DNA of 62,873 bases, counting the filler, from Octopus bimaculoides (lineage: Eukaryota), in NCBI RefSeq assembly GCF_001194135.2. It is 6 parts of 6 records of this genome, joined end to end, with 100 filler letters (N's around TTAATTAATTAA, not from the genome) between each part and the next. Parts side by side here need not be neighbours in the genome. Positions count along the whole stretch, not along the records: positions 1 to 23,915 come from NC_069005.1; 5 more parts are not named here. One strand, given 5' to 3'. Both the position numbers and the translations under genes were made by a program. Positions 11,780-24,015 of this stretch are shown piece after piece. Within the stretch, counting starts at the first letter, position 1. Every line of letters starts with the position of its first letter. The notes below the pieces were generated by a model that was not told the origin of the DNA, did not search any database, and worked only from the letters and a program-made list of their open reading frames with translations.

Positions 11780-14284
11780 GGTAGGACAAATGCCTTATTT
11801 TGATTAATCTTTTAATACGAAGTAGTCAAGTAATTTTCGATCAACCAACGTTACGTGTGTGTGTTTGTGTGTGTCTGTGAGTGAGGCCTTGTAACACACA
11901 CACAAACTTGTCGAATCTGTACGGAAACAACGATCTCCTTTTCAAAACATAAGGAACTACATAAAAACGACAGTAAAATTTACCAAACCAAAACTACATA
12001 CTGGGATTCACGGAAGTCTACAAAACTTTTTAAGTATGTTTTATTGTATTTTAAAAATATACTATAAAGTTGCAATTAAATCGGTCCACAGTTTTCCTCA
12101 GATTGTAAAGTATTTACACTATATGCGTGGAATACCCGATTGTCTAGAAAAAAATTCTATGATTTTTTTTTTTATTAAATATACCATAAAATGGTAATTA
12201 ACTCAGTTTAATTAACATTAGCAATCACTTAGGTTAAATGATGATTTATTTGTTAATTGTGAGAAAAATCTGGCAGGTCGTTTTTATGTGGTCACTTGCA
12301 TTTTGAACTAGAGGTCGTTGTTTACGACTACATATATGTGTGTATTTGTTAACAGTTCATTATTCAAAGTTTAGTTTGAATGAGCTACGGCTCAGCGAAC
12401 GTGGTAGTCAATGTCAATAAATTTATATAAATTTTTAGATATTTGCTTTTACACGTGTTATGAGATGTTTTAATTATACATGAAAACTTTGGAACAAGAT
12501 ACTCGTTTTCACCTTTAACTTATATAATTTTGACGATGCTCGAAATAGCCAACGAGGGAGCCTCTACGGAGTTTAATTGCTCGTCTGCCGTATCATCTTA
12601 GAAATAAAGAATGGAATGATACATTGTAACCTTAATCTCAGTGTTTCCCAATCTATTTTCCCCCAGGCTCCGCTATAACTTTCCAGAAAAATGTATACCT
12701 CACCGATGGTTGGGAAAAATAAATTATTTCTAATATTTCATAATTATACATTTTCCTCTAGAATAGCGCTGTATTGTGCAGCAAACAATCTTCACGCAGT
12801 CTGTTTGGTTGGCGGGATTGGCTGGGCTGAGTAAAGGTGAAGTATGTTTGCCGTAAAAAGATTTTCACAATTCCAGGCCACGGCGGTGGGGCGTGTGCCC
12901 CACTTTGGAAACCACACACAGGTCTACATGATGCTGTATCTGAATAGGGGACGGATGATCACGGGCTACTTGAACGCCCTTTTACCACAGGTCTACTTTA
13001 TCAAGGGAGACTTGGGACAGACAGGAGCAAAGCTCTCTAGACAACACTGAATGATAGAGTAGCTATGTGTGATAGCTACGTTTCTATACATATTGGCTTG
13101 AAAAAGAGCCCCCCCCCCCGCCAGGTTTGGGAAGATTTGTAAATTCACATCTGCGAGATCTCATCTTAATTGTCCCCATCTGGTGGAGAGCCATGTGGGC
13201 TTCATCTCATAACCTTTTGTGTATTACTTATAATACACAGGACTTTTCCTTGGCGTCCAATCGTCATATATAACACATTTCTAAGGCGGTGTCCCAGCAT
13301 AGCTACAGCCTAATTAATGACTGGAATAAGTGAATGATAAAACAATTTCTAAAATTAGAATTGATAATATCCTATCATTTTTTGTTTGTTTTTTGGAATA
13401 TTGCTATTAATTATAAAAAATGATTAAATGTTATCGAAACCGATTTTCCTTCTATCTTTCAAATTAGCAAGCATTAACCTTCAGCTAGTCCTATGTAATA
13501 ACATGTGGTGATACACAGAACACATTTCCCTGCTATCCATGCATTTATATATGAAACACATTCCGAATTTTTCCTTAGCCACCCACCATAGTCACTCAGG
13601 ACTTACGAAAGGAAAGCTTTATACGATTAATGAACGATAAAACAAGAGCTTAATTAAAAATCTGAAAAGAAGCATGGATATTTAAAGCCAACTTAATGAA
13701 AATGCTTTTGGGCAGGCAACGGGGTTAATGTAGATCTTCGCTGCTTAACATTTTGACATTTGTCCTGGCTAAGTCCTTCTCTCACCTCTCCCGAAATATC
13801 TTCTAGTCATTTCTTCTCCATTTCAATGACACGATGTAGTTTATAGTTGCGCAATGTAGTTTTAATTTCTAGGTGTTCCTAAAATAACAGATGTTCACGG
13901 TTCGGAATGTCTTTAATCACATGTTTGCACAACCAAAATTCGTTTAGACCTAAACTACAATTCCTTTTTCCTTTTATATTTATATATATTTATATTTTTT
14001 TCCTTCCAACGTGTCCCAGTTCAAGTGACTTCCCTAACAAATACCAACCTAACATTAACACTTCTTTCTTTGTCTCTTCCTTCCTTTTCCACTTTCTTCT
14101 TTACTCTCTTTCTCTCTCCTTTGTGTCTCTTTCTCTTCCCTTTATCTCTCTCCCTTCTTTTCCGTTCTTTCTTTCTCTCTCACCCCCACACACTATATAT
14201 ATCTCTCTCTCTGTGCTATTTAACCCTAGGTCATCTGATTCACACCAAACCTGACCACTTCGTCTCTTTCAGACATCGTGTACC

Positions 14285-14316
<32 letters not shown>

Positions 14317-14806
14317 NNNNNNNNNNGTGTGTGTGTGTGTGTGTGTGTGTTCTTAATAAACACCAACATAAAACGAAACAAGGCTACTATGTTTAGCAAA
14401 TCGATCTGGTTCCCCGGCTCCACTTGGTGGTGATCTTATTCGCTGTGACTCACCCGACATTCTATCTTTTTGTTGGATGACTGGTGATTTTACTCCAAAC
14501 AAGCTTTCTTGTCAGTTTGCCATAAGGAAGAGCGATCGAACCTGTTGAATACATATACACTCCAGGTTGTATTGATATTACTAACAATAATGACGATAGT
14601 AAACCTAAGATTAGCCACCCAAACTTATTATTATTATTATTATTGCTGTTGTTGTTATTGTAATTATTTGTCTTCTTTTCATATGCTTTATAATGTCTGT
14701 TTACGAGCTAAGTAAGTATTTCAATCTACGGAAATAGCAGTCAAATCTCTCTCTCTCAACAAATCATACACCATTGCTTTAATGTAGGTCTAAAAAAAAA
14801 AGCCTT

Positions 14807-14899
14807 ATGTCTGGAAAAAAAAAAAAGGAGGCGGGGGAATGTCTGCAATATTCGTTCGATCGTAGGTCTGTTTCGTTCGTCAGAACTTTACCCCTGAAG
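14807..14899 (+). other. Possible alternative 5' exon (coding or UTR) upstream of the PhnD-like gene
   Basis: Ends at donor AAG|GTAAAC; the ATG at 14807 is open for 31 codons to a phase-0 junction. Confidence 0.2.
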
Positions 14900-15761
14900 G
14901 TAAACAATTATTTTGCGTGTGTGCGCACGCACGTGTTTAACAGACGTGAGAATGAAGATTTGCTTGTTTCCAGTAACCATGCTGTATAGACATTCATTAG
15001 AATTTATATACATAAAAAGCACGTTTAAAAACATCATGGCATCACATAAATCCAACATTAGCACACTCCGTTGGTTATATTCTATTTTGCAAACATACCG
15101 AAAAGTTCCCTGGCAATTGAAAACGCCCCAAACAACCAACGAAGCCATTAAGTTATGTTGGCAATTCAAAGAGATTGTATTGTTGCCAATGATTGATTGT
15201 TTTTGTCAAGATCTAAACCTGATTTCTGATCAAATTTAGTTACAGGCTTGAGAGAATGTGTTTAGTGTTTATCATTATCGATCGATCAAAAACTTGGCGG
15301 GCCGCACTTCCCCCGGGTTCTTAAACACCAGACTGGTGCTGTTGTTGGCAATTTGCCCGTGATGAAGCTAGTTCCCTTAAGAAAAACTGATCTATTGTTG
15401 ATATTTTAACCTCGGGTCTGTTCTGATCGAGACAGATCCATGGCAAAAAAGCATTCCACATACCACTGACCAGCTCTTTTTTATTTCTTGTTTTATTATT
15501 TTTAATGTAAAGTATGTCTACGGTCTAACATTACTCAATGTGACTTTCTGTTTTAAGAATGTGTGTGTGTGTGTGTGTTTCGCGAGTATGTGGCTGATAT
15601 TTCTAGCAAACCTAGCGGCCACATACACGTTAGATCGGTGATCGGTTTATGATGGTCATAATAATCTTTAGCTTCGATTGAGCCGGCCTGTAATCAATAG
15701 CATTCCAGCTGTGACCATCCGTTATTTTTGCTTTTATTGTTTTTATTTTATATTTATTTAG

Positions 15762-16990
15762 TTGTGGCTTAGTGGTAAGAAGCTTGCTTCCCAACCNNNN
15801 NNNNNNNNNNNNNNNNNNNNNNNNNNNNNNNNNNNNNNNNNNNNNNNNNNNNNNNNNNNNNNNNNNNNNNNNNNNNNNNNNNNNNNNNNNNNNNNNNNNN
15901 NNNNNNNNNNNNNNNNNNNNNNNNNNNNNNNNNNNNNNNNNNNNNNNNNNNNNNNNNNNNNNNNNNNNNNNNNNNNNNNNNNNNNNNNNNNNNNNNNNNN
16001 NNNNNNNNNNNNNNNNNNNNNNNNNNNNNNNNNNNNNNNNNNNNNNNNNNNNNNNNNNNNNNNNNNNNNNNNNNNNNNNNNNNNNNNNNNNNNNNNNNNN
16101 NNNNNNNNNNNNNNNNNNNNNNNNNNNNNNNNNNNNNNNNNNNNNNNNNNNNNNNNNNNNNNNNNNNNNNNNNNNNNNNNNNNNNNNNNNNNNNNNNNNN
16201 NNNNNNNNNNNNNNNNNNNNNNNNNNNNNNNNNNNNNNNNNNNNNNNNNNNNNNNNNNNNNNNNNNNNNNNNNNNNNNNNNNNNNNNNNNNNNNNNNNNN
16301 NNNNNNNNNNNNNNNNNNNNNNNNNNNNNNNNNNNNNNNNNNNNNNNNNNNNNNNNNNNNNNNNNNNNNNNNNNNNNNNNNNNNNNNNNNNNNNNNNNNN
16401 NNNNNNNNNNNNNNNNNNNNNNNNNNNNNNNNNNNNNNNNNNNNNNNNNNNNNNNNNNNNNNNNNNNNNNNNNNNNNNNNNNNNNNNNNNNNNNNNNNNN
16501 NNNNNNNNNNNNNNNNNNNNNNNNNNNNNNNNNNNNNNNNNNNNNNNNNNNNNNNNNNNNNNNNNNNNNNNNNNNNNNNNNNNNNNNNNNNNNNNNNNNN
16601 NNNNNNNNNNNNNNNNNNNNNNNNNNNNNNNNNNNNNNNNNNNNNNNNNNNNNNNNNNNNNNNNNNNNNNNNNNNNNNNNNNNNNNTGATCAGAAGCGGT
16701 CCTTCCAAGACCGTCTCATCTTTTCCGTGTGTGTGTAAAACAACTTGCTGTTCCCTATCTCCGTCTTTTGTTTTTTGTAAATTTGATCTACGTGTGTGTG
16801 TGTGTGTGTGAGAGCAGGGGTGTCTATGTGGTTTAGAAGCTTGTGGTTCCGAGTTCAATCGCACTGCATGGAATCTTAGGTGTCTCCTAGTATAGCCCCG
16901 AGTTGACCAAAGGCTTTGGAGTGGATTTGATTGGAAACTGAAAGAAGTCGTTCATGTGTGTGTGCGTGTTGCTGTCTCCTCACTTTGACA
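15762..16990 (+). mobile_element. tRNA-derived SINE family B pieces on either side of an assembly gap
   Basis: Head GTGGCTTAGTGGTAAGAAGCTTGCTTCCCAACC before the gap; a degenerate copy at 16811-16990 matches 22771-23143. Confidence 0.7.
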
Positions 16991-17232
16991 TTGCGTGATA
17001 GTTGTAAACGAGTGTCACCACTATGCAAGCGGTCTCCTTTGTTTCCATGGAAATATGTCTGTCTGGTCATGCATATATATTACCTTGCTTGAAAACGGGT
17101 GAGTGTTGGCAACAGGAAAGGCATCCAGCCATGGAACATTCACCACAAATTCTCTGACCCAGGTGAACATGGAGACGTGGCTGTAAAAACAATATGTGTG
17201 TGTGTGTGTGTGTGAGTTTAAATGTAGTTTGT

Positions 17233-17410
17233 ATATGTATGTATACATTATCATCTAACGTCCTTTTTTCCATGCTGGCATGGGTTGGACACTTTGACAA
17301 AAACAGATGAACCAGAAGACTCTGCCATGTGTTATGTCTGCTTTGACATGGTTTCTACAGTTGGATGCTCTTCCTAACACTGACCACTTAAGTGTGCTGG
17401 GTGCTTTTTT
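17233..17410 (-). mobile_element. RTE-tail-related repeat (family D)
   Basis: CATCATCTAACGTCC...CATGCTGGCATGGGTTGGAC is the reverse of the (GAT)n-tailed family at 61490-61972. Confidence 0.7.
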
Positions 17411-17432
17411 CACATCACACACACACATATAT

Positions 17433-19625
17433 ATCATCTTTTAATGCCTGTCTTCTATGCTGGCATGGGTTGGACAATTCAACAAGATTCTACACATAAG
17501 TTGAAAGACTCTGTTGTGCTTTAATATCTACTTTGGTATAGTTTCTACAGCCGGATGCCCTTCCTTACACCAACCACTTTGCAGAGTATACTGGGTGCCT
17601 TTTTTGGGATACCAACACTAGTGAAGTTGCTATGTGGCTCATGAAACTAAGATCTCCGCAACCGAGCGGGAAACAGATTTATGCTAGGTTGTTTGGTTAT
17701 GAAAGAACAGGAAAGAACATTTCTTACTGTTGAGAGACATATGTTTCTTTGTATAATAGGAATAGGTTGGAGTAATCAGAGCGGAAGCCAGAAACAGAAA
17801 TAAAAACNNNNNNNNNNGGATACCAACACTAGTGAAGTTGCTATGTGGCTCATGAAACTAAGATCTCCGCAACCGAGCGGGAAACAGATTTATGCTAGGT
17901 TGTTTGGTTATGAAAGAACAGGAAAGAACATTTCTTACTGTTGAGAGACATATGTTTCTTTGTATAATAGGAATAGGTTGGAGTAATCAGAGCGGAAGCC
18001 AGAAACAGAAATAAAAACGGGGGGGGGGGTGACAAAATGTCAATGTGAGCTGTCAAGGTACATGAAGGGGACGAGACAAGAGAAATGGATGAAAAGGAGT
18101 TGCAGAACTGTGTGGGGTTTTCTAAAAAAATTTGTATAAAAAACAAATTTTTTTTCACCTTTTCTTATCTTTGCTTTTAACTACTTTTAATTTCTTCATT
18201 TACTGTATTTCATTCACTCTCCTCCTTCTCAACCTCTCCTATTAATGGTGTTACCCTGTTGACTATAGTGTGAGAAATGGTTAAAGATGGTTCAGGGATT
18301 GAAGTGAATATAATAAATGATAAACAAGATGACTGTAGAGATTGGGTAAGGGGGAGAGGTAACTAAGAATGGTGAACAAGGGTGGAGAAGTAACTGATGA
18401 TAAATATGTCATAGAAGGGTGATCAATGTAAAATGTGAGTGGAGTGGCGAGGAACAATGTTAAGAATGAGATATGGATGTCAAGGGAAGTGGTTTCAGAT
18501 AGTGGGAGAGATAACTGGCAGCAGAGTAAAAGATGATGAAATGTGTAATTCCAATCTTATTTAATTACAGCCAGCTGTAGAATAATGCAGTAGTTAGGTA
18601 GGCAAGTGATGGAGAGATGAGGAAGTTGTGATGAAGGCATGATGAGTAAATTGGGCAAAAAGCCCAGTTGTGTATTTACATATTTCCAGAATTTCAGTTT
18701 TACTGAGATGGATGGGTCTTTCCAAGCATTACATAACATTAATCAGTATTTGTCTACTCTTTTAAGAGGCACAGTCTTGAGATCAGCCTTCGATACATCA
18801 TCAATACCTTCTTAGGTCTTCCTCTATCACAAGTGCCATTAATATTAAACAATCAGCAACTTCTTTATACGTCTGTTCTCATCCAGATGTACCACATGTC
18901 CATACCAGCGCAGTTTTCTCTCTTACACACTACATATTCTTATCCAACAGAACATCATAGCTTCATTTCTTCTTACTTTTCACTAGTTCTCAGCATTCAA
19001 AACCCACATCTTACTAGCATGTAGCATTGCCATTCACACAAGCATTATACGATTTTTGTCTTCCACACTGAAAGAGAAATGTTTGTTTTCTTTCACCAAC
19101 AAAGGTTGTAGCTCTCTGAACTTCCTCCTGCCTGTTCTTACTCTGGCAACTATACATTCAGAAACTTCACCTCCACTGCTAATTAGGTCATCTAGATAGC
19201 AGAAGCTGTCTATTACAACTTCAAGGCATCCTCTTTGGCATTAGAGAAAATCTATTTCCCCATACACATTTAGTGTTTATTGCTCCTGCACATTTACCAC
19301 GTACAAATTCTATCTTCTCAGTTAAGTTACCTGTGATACCACCATATGGAATTTCTACCTACCCTATTTTTTTTTAACAAACGAGGCAAAGCCATTTTTC
19401 CGATGAAAGCAGAGATATGTTTGTTTTCCTGGTTACTAAAATTTTGGTTTTTACTAAATTAACTTTGAAGTCCTTTGATTTCAGATTTTGCTGCCACATC
19501 TGGAATTTCTTATCTAATTCTCCTACAGATTCAGCTGTAAGAATAAGACCCTAACCATAGAGGAGTTGCCATGGGCAACCAGACTTAAACTCCTTTGTTA
19601 TGGTCTGGAAGACTATGTTGAATAG
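17433..19625 (-). mobile_element. 5'-truncated, degraded RTE-clade LINE (RT C-terminal half, 3' UTR and tail)
   Basis: Minus-strand LFNIVFQTITKEFKSGCPWQLLYG*GLILTAESVGELDKKFQMWQQNLKSKDFKVNLVKTKIL matches the RTE YADD region; downstream LRWYGHVVH...RGRPKK. Confidence 0.85.
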
Positions 19626-19804
19626 GAGGGTAACTAAAAACTGAATCCCGATTAGCTCCTACTTTATCACTATACTTGCTGTTAACCCTTACCTTACTGG
19701 CAGCACCTCTGTACATGGTTTTTGGGATCTCGCACGCCATTTATTTGTCTATTCTTAGCTCCCTCAGGGACCATCAGTTAACAAAGCGAAGAAGCGAAGA
19801 ACAA

Positions 19805-20037
19805 GGCGGCGAGCTGGCAGAAACGTTAGCATGTCAGGCGAAATGCTTAGCGATATTTCATCTGCTGCTACGTTCTAAGTTCAAATTCTGCCGAGGTCGA
19901 CTTTGCCTTTCATCCTTTCGGGGTCGATAAATTAAGTACCAGTTCTGCACTGGGGTCGATGTAATTGACTTAGTCCCTTTGTCTGTCCTTGTTTGTCCCC
20001 TCTATGTTTAGCCCCTTGTGGGCAATAAAGAAATAGG
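19805..20037 (+). mobile_element. tRNA-derived SINE family A, near full length
   Basis: GGCGGCGAGCTGGCAGAAACGTTAGC head, GTTCAAATTC B-box-like motif, tail ...TAAAGAAATAGG. Confidence 0.9.
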
Positions 20038-20501
20038 AAACTGAAAGAATCCTGTCATGTATGTATGGATAGACAGATGGATGCATGCATTTTTGTTCAC
20101 CCTTGTCTAGACATCATGTGATTATTCTAATTGAGCATCATCATCATAATACAAGTAAGGGTGTTCATTTCCATTCTTCTCTGAAAACCATGCCTAGCTT
20201 TGGGGAAAATATTAGCCTTGCTTGGAAACAGGAAGGGCTCCTGGCCATAGGAAAGCTGCCTCAATGAATATCTCTGACCCATGCAAACATACATCCACAA
20301 ACATGTCTGACCATGGGGGCAATATTAGCCTAGCTTGGAAACAGGTGAGGGTTGGTAAGAGGAAGGCTGTCTGACCATAGAAAATTTGCCTCATCAAATT
20401 CTGTCTGACACATGGAAAATTGGACGTTCAAGAATGATGGGGTATGTATTATATCTATTGGTATAATGTTTTTTCTTTATTTTTTATTTTTTCCCCCCCA
20501 G

Positions 20502-20697
20502 TATAAGATGAGTTCTAATATTGAGAGGCTGAACATCGTCACTTATCTTGTTCCTGATGTAGCAGTAGAGACATTTCAGGTTTTTACCGAATACCTTGAA
20601 GATGTGCTTCACATTCGCTGCAACTTGATCTATGAATCCCGATGGCAGTATCCGACGAAGCAAAGGGACCTGTTTGCTGCAGAAGATGTTGATATGG
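20502..20697 (+). CDS. Exon of PhnD/phosphonate-binding (class II substrate-binding fold)-like protein: YKMSSNIERLNIVTYLVPDVAVETFQVFTEYLEDVLHIRCNLIYESRWQYPTKQRDLFAAEDVDM
   Basis: Long polypyrimidine tract + CCCAG| acceptor at 20501; ATG at 20508; donor G|GTTAGT (phase 1). The peptide resembles the N-terminus of bacterial PhnD/SsuA/transferrin-family SBPs (LRxxTYLAP...YLxxxLG...DVGF). Confidence 0.88.
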
Positions 20698-20922
20698 GTT
20701 AGTAATAGTAATAGCTTTTTATCTCTTGATTTGAATGGTTGTCATTGTTGTTCATGTCTTGCCACTGATTAGCTTTCTTCGTTTAACCCTTCAGCGTCCA
20801 GATTTCTCTCTCGAATGTGGTGCTTCTTTATTCACATTCATATGAATTAGTCATGCCTTACATTGTAGCTTTGAGATTTTGATGATGTGATTGTTTATTT
20901 TTAGAATATTATTGCAGAGTAA

Positions 20923-21030
20923 GTGAGGCGCAATGGCCCAGTGGTTAGGGCAGCAGACTCGCAGTCAGAGGATCGCGGTTTCGATTCCCAGACTGGGCGT
21001 TGTGAGTGTTTATTGAGCAAAAAAACACCT
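20923..21030 (+). mobile_element. SINE family C 5' head (truncated) in intron
   Basis: GTGAGGCGCAATGGCCCAGTGGTTAGGGC...GGTTTCGATTCCCAG, with A- and B-box. Confidence 0.85.
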
Positions 21031-21175
21031 GGTTAAGTGACAACCACATTTAGAGCTCTCTATGTTCTGGACCTCTGAGCCTCTCAGACACTTGAAGGCT
21101 AAGACGGCGACCAAACTCTCATAAACCAACCCTTCAGTATTATTTTACTTGTTTTATTGTTTGGTTTCTCACCAG

Positions 21176-21320
21176 GCTTCATTAGTGCTCCGGGATTTCT
21201 CGAAATGCTAGAGAGACCAAACTCGATTGAGCTGTGTCCTGTCGCTCCTGTCTTTTCTCACCCTCTTGGAAGAGGCCGACCTGTGATTTTCTCTGACGTT
21301 GTAGTACGAAGTGAGTCTGG
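21176..21320 (+). CDS. PhnD-like exon: (G)FISAPGFLEMLERPNSIELCPVAPVFSHPLGRGRPVIFSDVVVRSES(G)
   Basis: Acceptor TTTCTCACCAG| (phase 1, restores DVDMG-F); donor GG|GTATGT (phase 2); GRPVIFSDVVVR matches the family GRPxYFSDVIVR pattern. Confidence 0.9.
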
Positions 21321-21794
21321 GTATGTATTCATTCATTCTCTTTACACTCTGCCCTCACCCCTATCTGTCCTTCTCCTTCCATGGCCAGGTCTCTTTTTTA
21401 ACACAGCATCTTCCTATTTGTTGTGTTCCCTTATCATTTTGATTGCAAGGCTCAGCACCTCGGGATCAGCCTTCCCCATTTTTGCCTGTCTTCCTTCCTT
21501 GGTCTTTCTTCTGCCACATTTTCCTTCCATTTGGATTTCCTGGCACTCCCTTTCTCCTATTCCATCGTCCATGCATATTAAATGCTTGAAACCAACACAG
21601 TTGTCTCCCTTGCAGTCTTCTACCTGATTCCTCCTATCTGAGTCATATCGCACGCACGCACGCACGCTCGCTTGCTCCTTTCAGTTTCTATTTACCATAC
21701 CTGCTCACAAAGATTTGTTCAGCCCAAGGTGTCACGTAGTAGGACTGCGACCATATGGTTGGGAAACATGCTTGTTTAGCATAGCCATACCTGC

Positions 21795-22210
21795 ACAGAA
21801 ATTGTTAGCATACTGGGCGTAATGCTTATCTTTATGTCCGGTCTGCACATTCTGAGTTCAAATTCCACCGAGGTCAACTTTGCCTTTCATCCTTTCATCA
21901 TCATCATCATCGGTAAAATAAGTACCAGTTGAGTACTGGCATTGATGTAACCAACTCACTCCCTCCCCCTGAAATTGCTGGCCTTGTGCCAAAACTTGAA
22001 ACCAATATTTTAATTAATTACTAAGTCGGTGATCTGGTAGAATCGTTAGCACTCTGGGCAAAATGCTTAGCACTATTTCCTCTCTCTTTACATTCTGAGT
22101 TCAAATTCCACCGAGGTCAAGTTTGTCATTCATCCTCTCAAGGTCAAGCACTGAGATCGATGTAACTGACTTACCCCTTCCTTGAGATTGGTGGCCTTCT
22201 GCCAAAGCAC
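21795..22210 (+). mobile_element. Two degenerate family A SINE copies in intron
   Basis: GTTAGCA...TTCTGAGTTCAAATTCCACCGAGGTCAA occurs twice (about 21795-22010 and 22025-22210). Confidence 0.8.
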
Positions 22211-22487
22211 AAGGGTCAAGCTGTTTGGGGTCTTTGGGTTGGCAGCAGCAGCAGCGGCAACAAATCTTCATCTGTTGGTTCAAGTAACTCTCCAGCTGTT
22301 GGTCGTGGTCATTGTGACACATTTTCACGTGGTGGTGGTGTTGATGGTGTATGCTATGATGTTGGTCATAGTCGCCATGATGCATTCATTGTTAGAAGCT
22401 TTCTTTGTTTCCCTTTTCTTTCATTTTCTACTTTTTCTTTTTCCATCTTCCAAATGTTCTCAGTTTTATTTGCTTTTCTTCATCTAG

Positions 22488-22624
22488 CAAGGAGTTTGAG
22501 CACCTGAAGGGACACAAGTTTGCTTACTCTCACTCAGATTCGACGACTGGCTACTATATTATGCTCTCTGAGTTGAAGAACCACAACACAGACTCTAGCT
22601 TTTTTGCTGACTCGATCCAATCTG
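22488..22624 (+). CDS. PhnD-like exon: KEFEHLKGHKFAYSHSDSTTGYYIMLSELKNHNTDSSFFADSIQS(G)
   Basis: Acceptor CTTTTCTTCATCTAG| (phase 2); donor TCTG|GTAATT (phase 1); matches the family pattern F.DL.G..FAY....S.SGY.....L.......FF......G and contains an STTG anion-binding motif. Confidence 0.9.
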
Positions 22625-22770
22625 GTAATTTTCTATCTTTGATTTGACATAATGATTCTTTCAAACTTACTCGCCAACCCTTTTCTGCCCTTCTCTCCCT
22701 ATTCTTTCTTTTATGATCACTTTTTATCTTGAGGATAAATTTTTCAATAGCAAATGCACAATTTGTAACA

Positions 22771-23143
22771 GGCGCAGGAGTGGCTGTGTGGTAAGAAGCT
22801 TGCTTACCAACCACATGCTTCCGGGTTCAGTCCCACTGCGTGGCATCTTGGGCAAGTGTCTTCTACTATAGCCTTGGGCCAACCAAAGCTTTGTGAGTAG
22901 ATTTGGTAGACAGAAACTGAAAGAAGCCCGTCGTATATATGTATGTGTCTGTGTTTGTCTCCCCCAACATCGCTTGACAACCGATGCTGGTGTGTTTACG
23001 TCCCCGTAACTTAGCGCTTCGGCTAAAGAGACTGATAGAATAAGTACTAGGCTTACAAAGAGTAAGTCCTGGGGTCGATTAGCTCGACTAAAAGGCGGTG
23101 CTCCAGCATGGCCACAGTCAAATGACTGAAACAAGTAAAAAGA
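22771..23143 (+). mobile_element. tRNA-derived SINE family B, full length
   Basis: GGCGCAGGAGTGGCTGTGTGGTAAG head, GGTTCAGTCCC B-box-like motif, central TA/TG microsatellite, tail ...GACTGAAACAAGTAAAAAG; many copies in the window. Confidence 0.92.
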
Positions 23144-23671
23144 AAGTCCAAACCATGATTATGATAGAGGTAAAAAAAAAAAGTGATAAAATATTAATTG
23201 ACAAGTCCCTTGACCCCTTGGTTGATTATAATGTCGTTATAAATATAAAATAAATGATGTCCTTGTATCATTTGTTTGTGTTTACACAGGTCACTAGTTT
23301 GGGGCAGTAAAATAATTTCTAGTTCCATGACCTCTTTGTATGGGGGAGCTAGGTTCATTGTCTGTTGCTAGAGAGAGAGTGAGAAAGGATGACATTTGTA
23401 CAAACAAACAGAGGGCATAAGCAGTGTGTTGTCCCTCTCATTTCCACTCCCTCGAATGACCAATCCTTTTGCTGGGTTAAGTAAAGTTTGGCAACTAAAG
23501 TAGGTCAACTTAAAACAAAAGATTGACCTTTCTGTGACCAGAGACGCTCTCAGAGGTCAACTCAGCCTCATTAATCTCCAAGTGCAGAAAGGAAAAAAAC
23601 AATATTTATCTGACAATTAACAAAAATGTGGGTTCAGTTTTGAATCCTTAACTGCTGTAGGTGGTCTTTAA

Positions 23672-23706
<35 letters not shown>

Positions 23707-23734
23707 CATACATACATATATATGTGCAAGTACA

Positions 23735-23768
<34 letters not shown>

Positions 23769-23915
23769 CATATATATACATATATATATATATATATGTA
23801 ACTGATGCTGGTGTGTTTATGTCCCTGTAACTTAGCAGTTCGGCAAAAAGAGACCGATAGAATAAGTACTAGGCTTACAAAGAATAAGTCCTGGGGGCGA
23901 TTTGCTCGACTAAAG

Positions 23916-24015
23916 NNNNNNNNNNNNNNNNNNNNNNNNNNNNNNNNNNNNNNNNNNNNTTAATTAATTAANNNNNNNNNNNNNNNNNNNNNNNNNNNNN
24001 NNNNNNNNNNNNNNN
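23916..24015. other. Assembly gap filler N44-TTAATTAATTAA-N44 (also near 26020, 40369, 50984, 60794)
   Basis: An identical 12-mer with stops in all six frames is centred in 100-bp N blocks. Confidence 0.95.

Noticed and set aside
14454-14460. Minus-strand ATGTCGG|GTGAGT possible start exon
   Set aside because: Only 7 coding nt and no downstream partner exon identified; could be chance.
17607-18018. Exact 201-bp direct duplication (also 62101-62160 / 62171-62230)
   Set aside because: The copies abut a 10-N gap, which indicates unmerged contig overlaps (assembly artefact).
21321-21627. Remainder of the 156-aa ORF 21157-21627
   Set aside because: Family similarity stops at the GTATGT donor (21321); the rest is intronic pyrimidine-rich read-through.
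20502-22624. Bacterial contamination as the source of the PhnD-like sequence
   Set aside because: The coding sequence is split by spliceosomal introns filled with host SINEs and has host-like AT content.
23290-23340. TTTACACAG|GTCAC as the next PhnD-like exon (G-H start)
   Set aside because: In-frame TAG immediately after GGT CAC; no family similarity.
23960-23971. Recurrent TTAATTAATTAA motif flanked by regular spacing
   Set aside because: Artificial six-frame-stop gap linker inside 100-bp N blocks, not biological.
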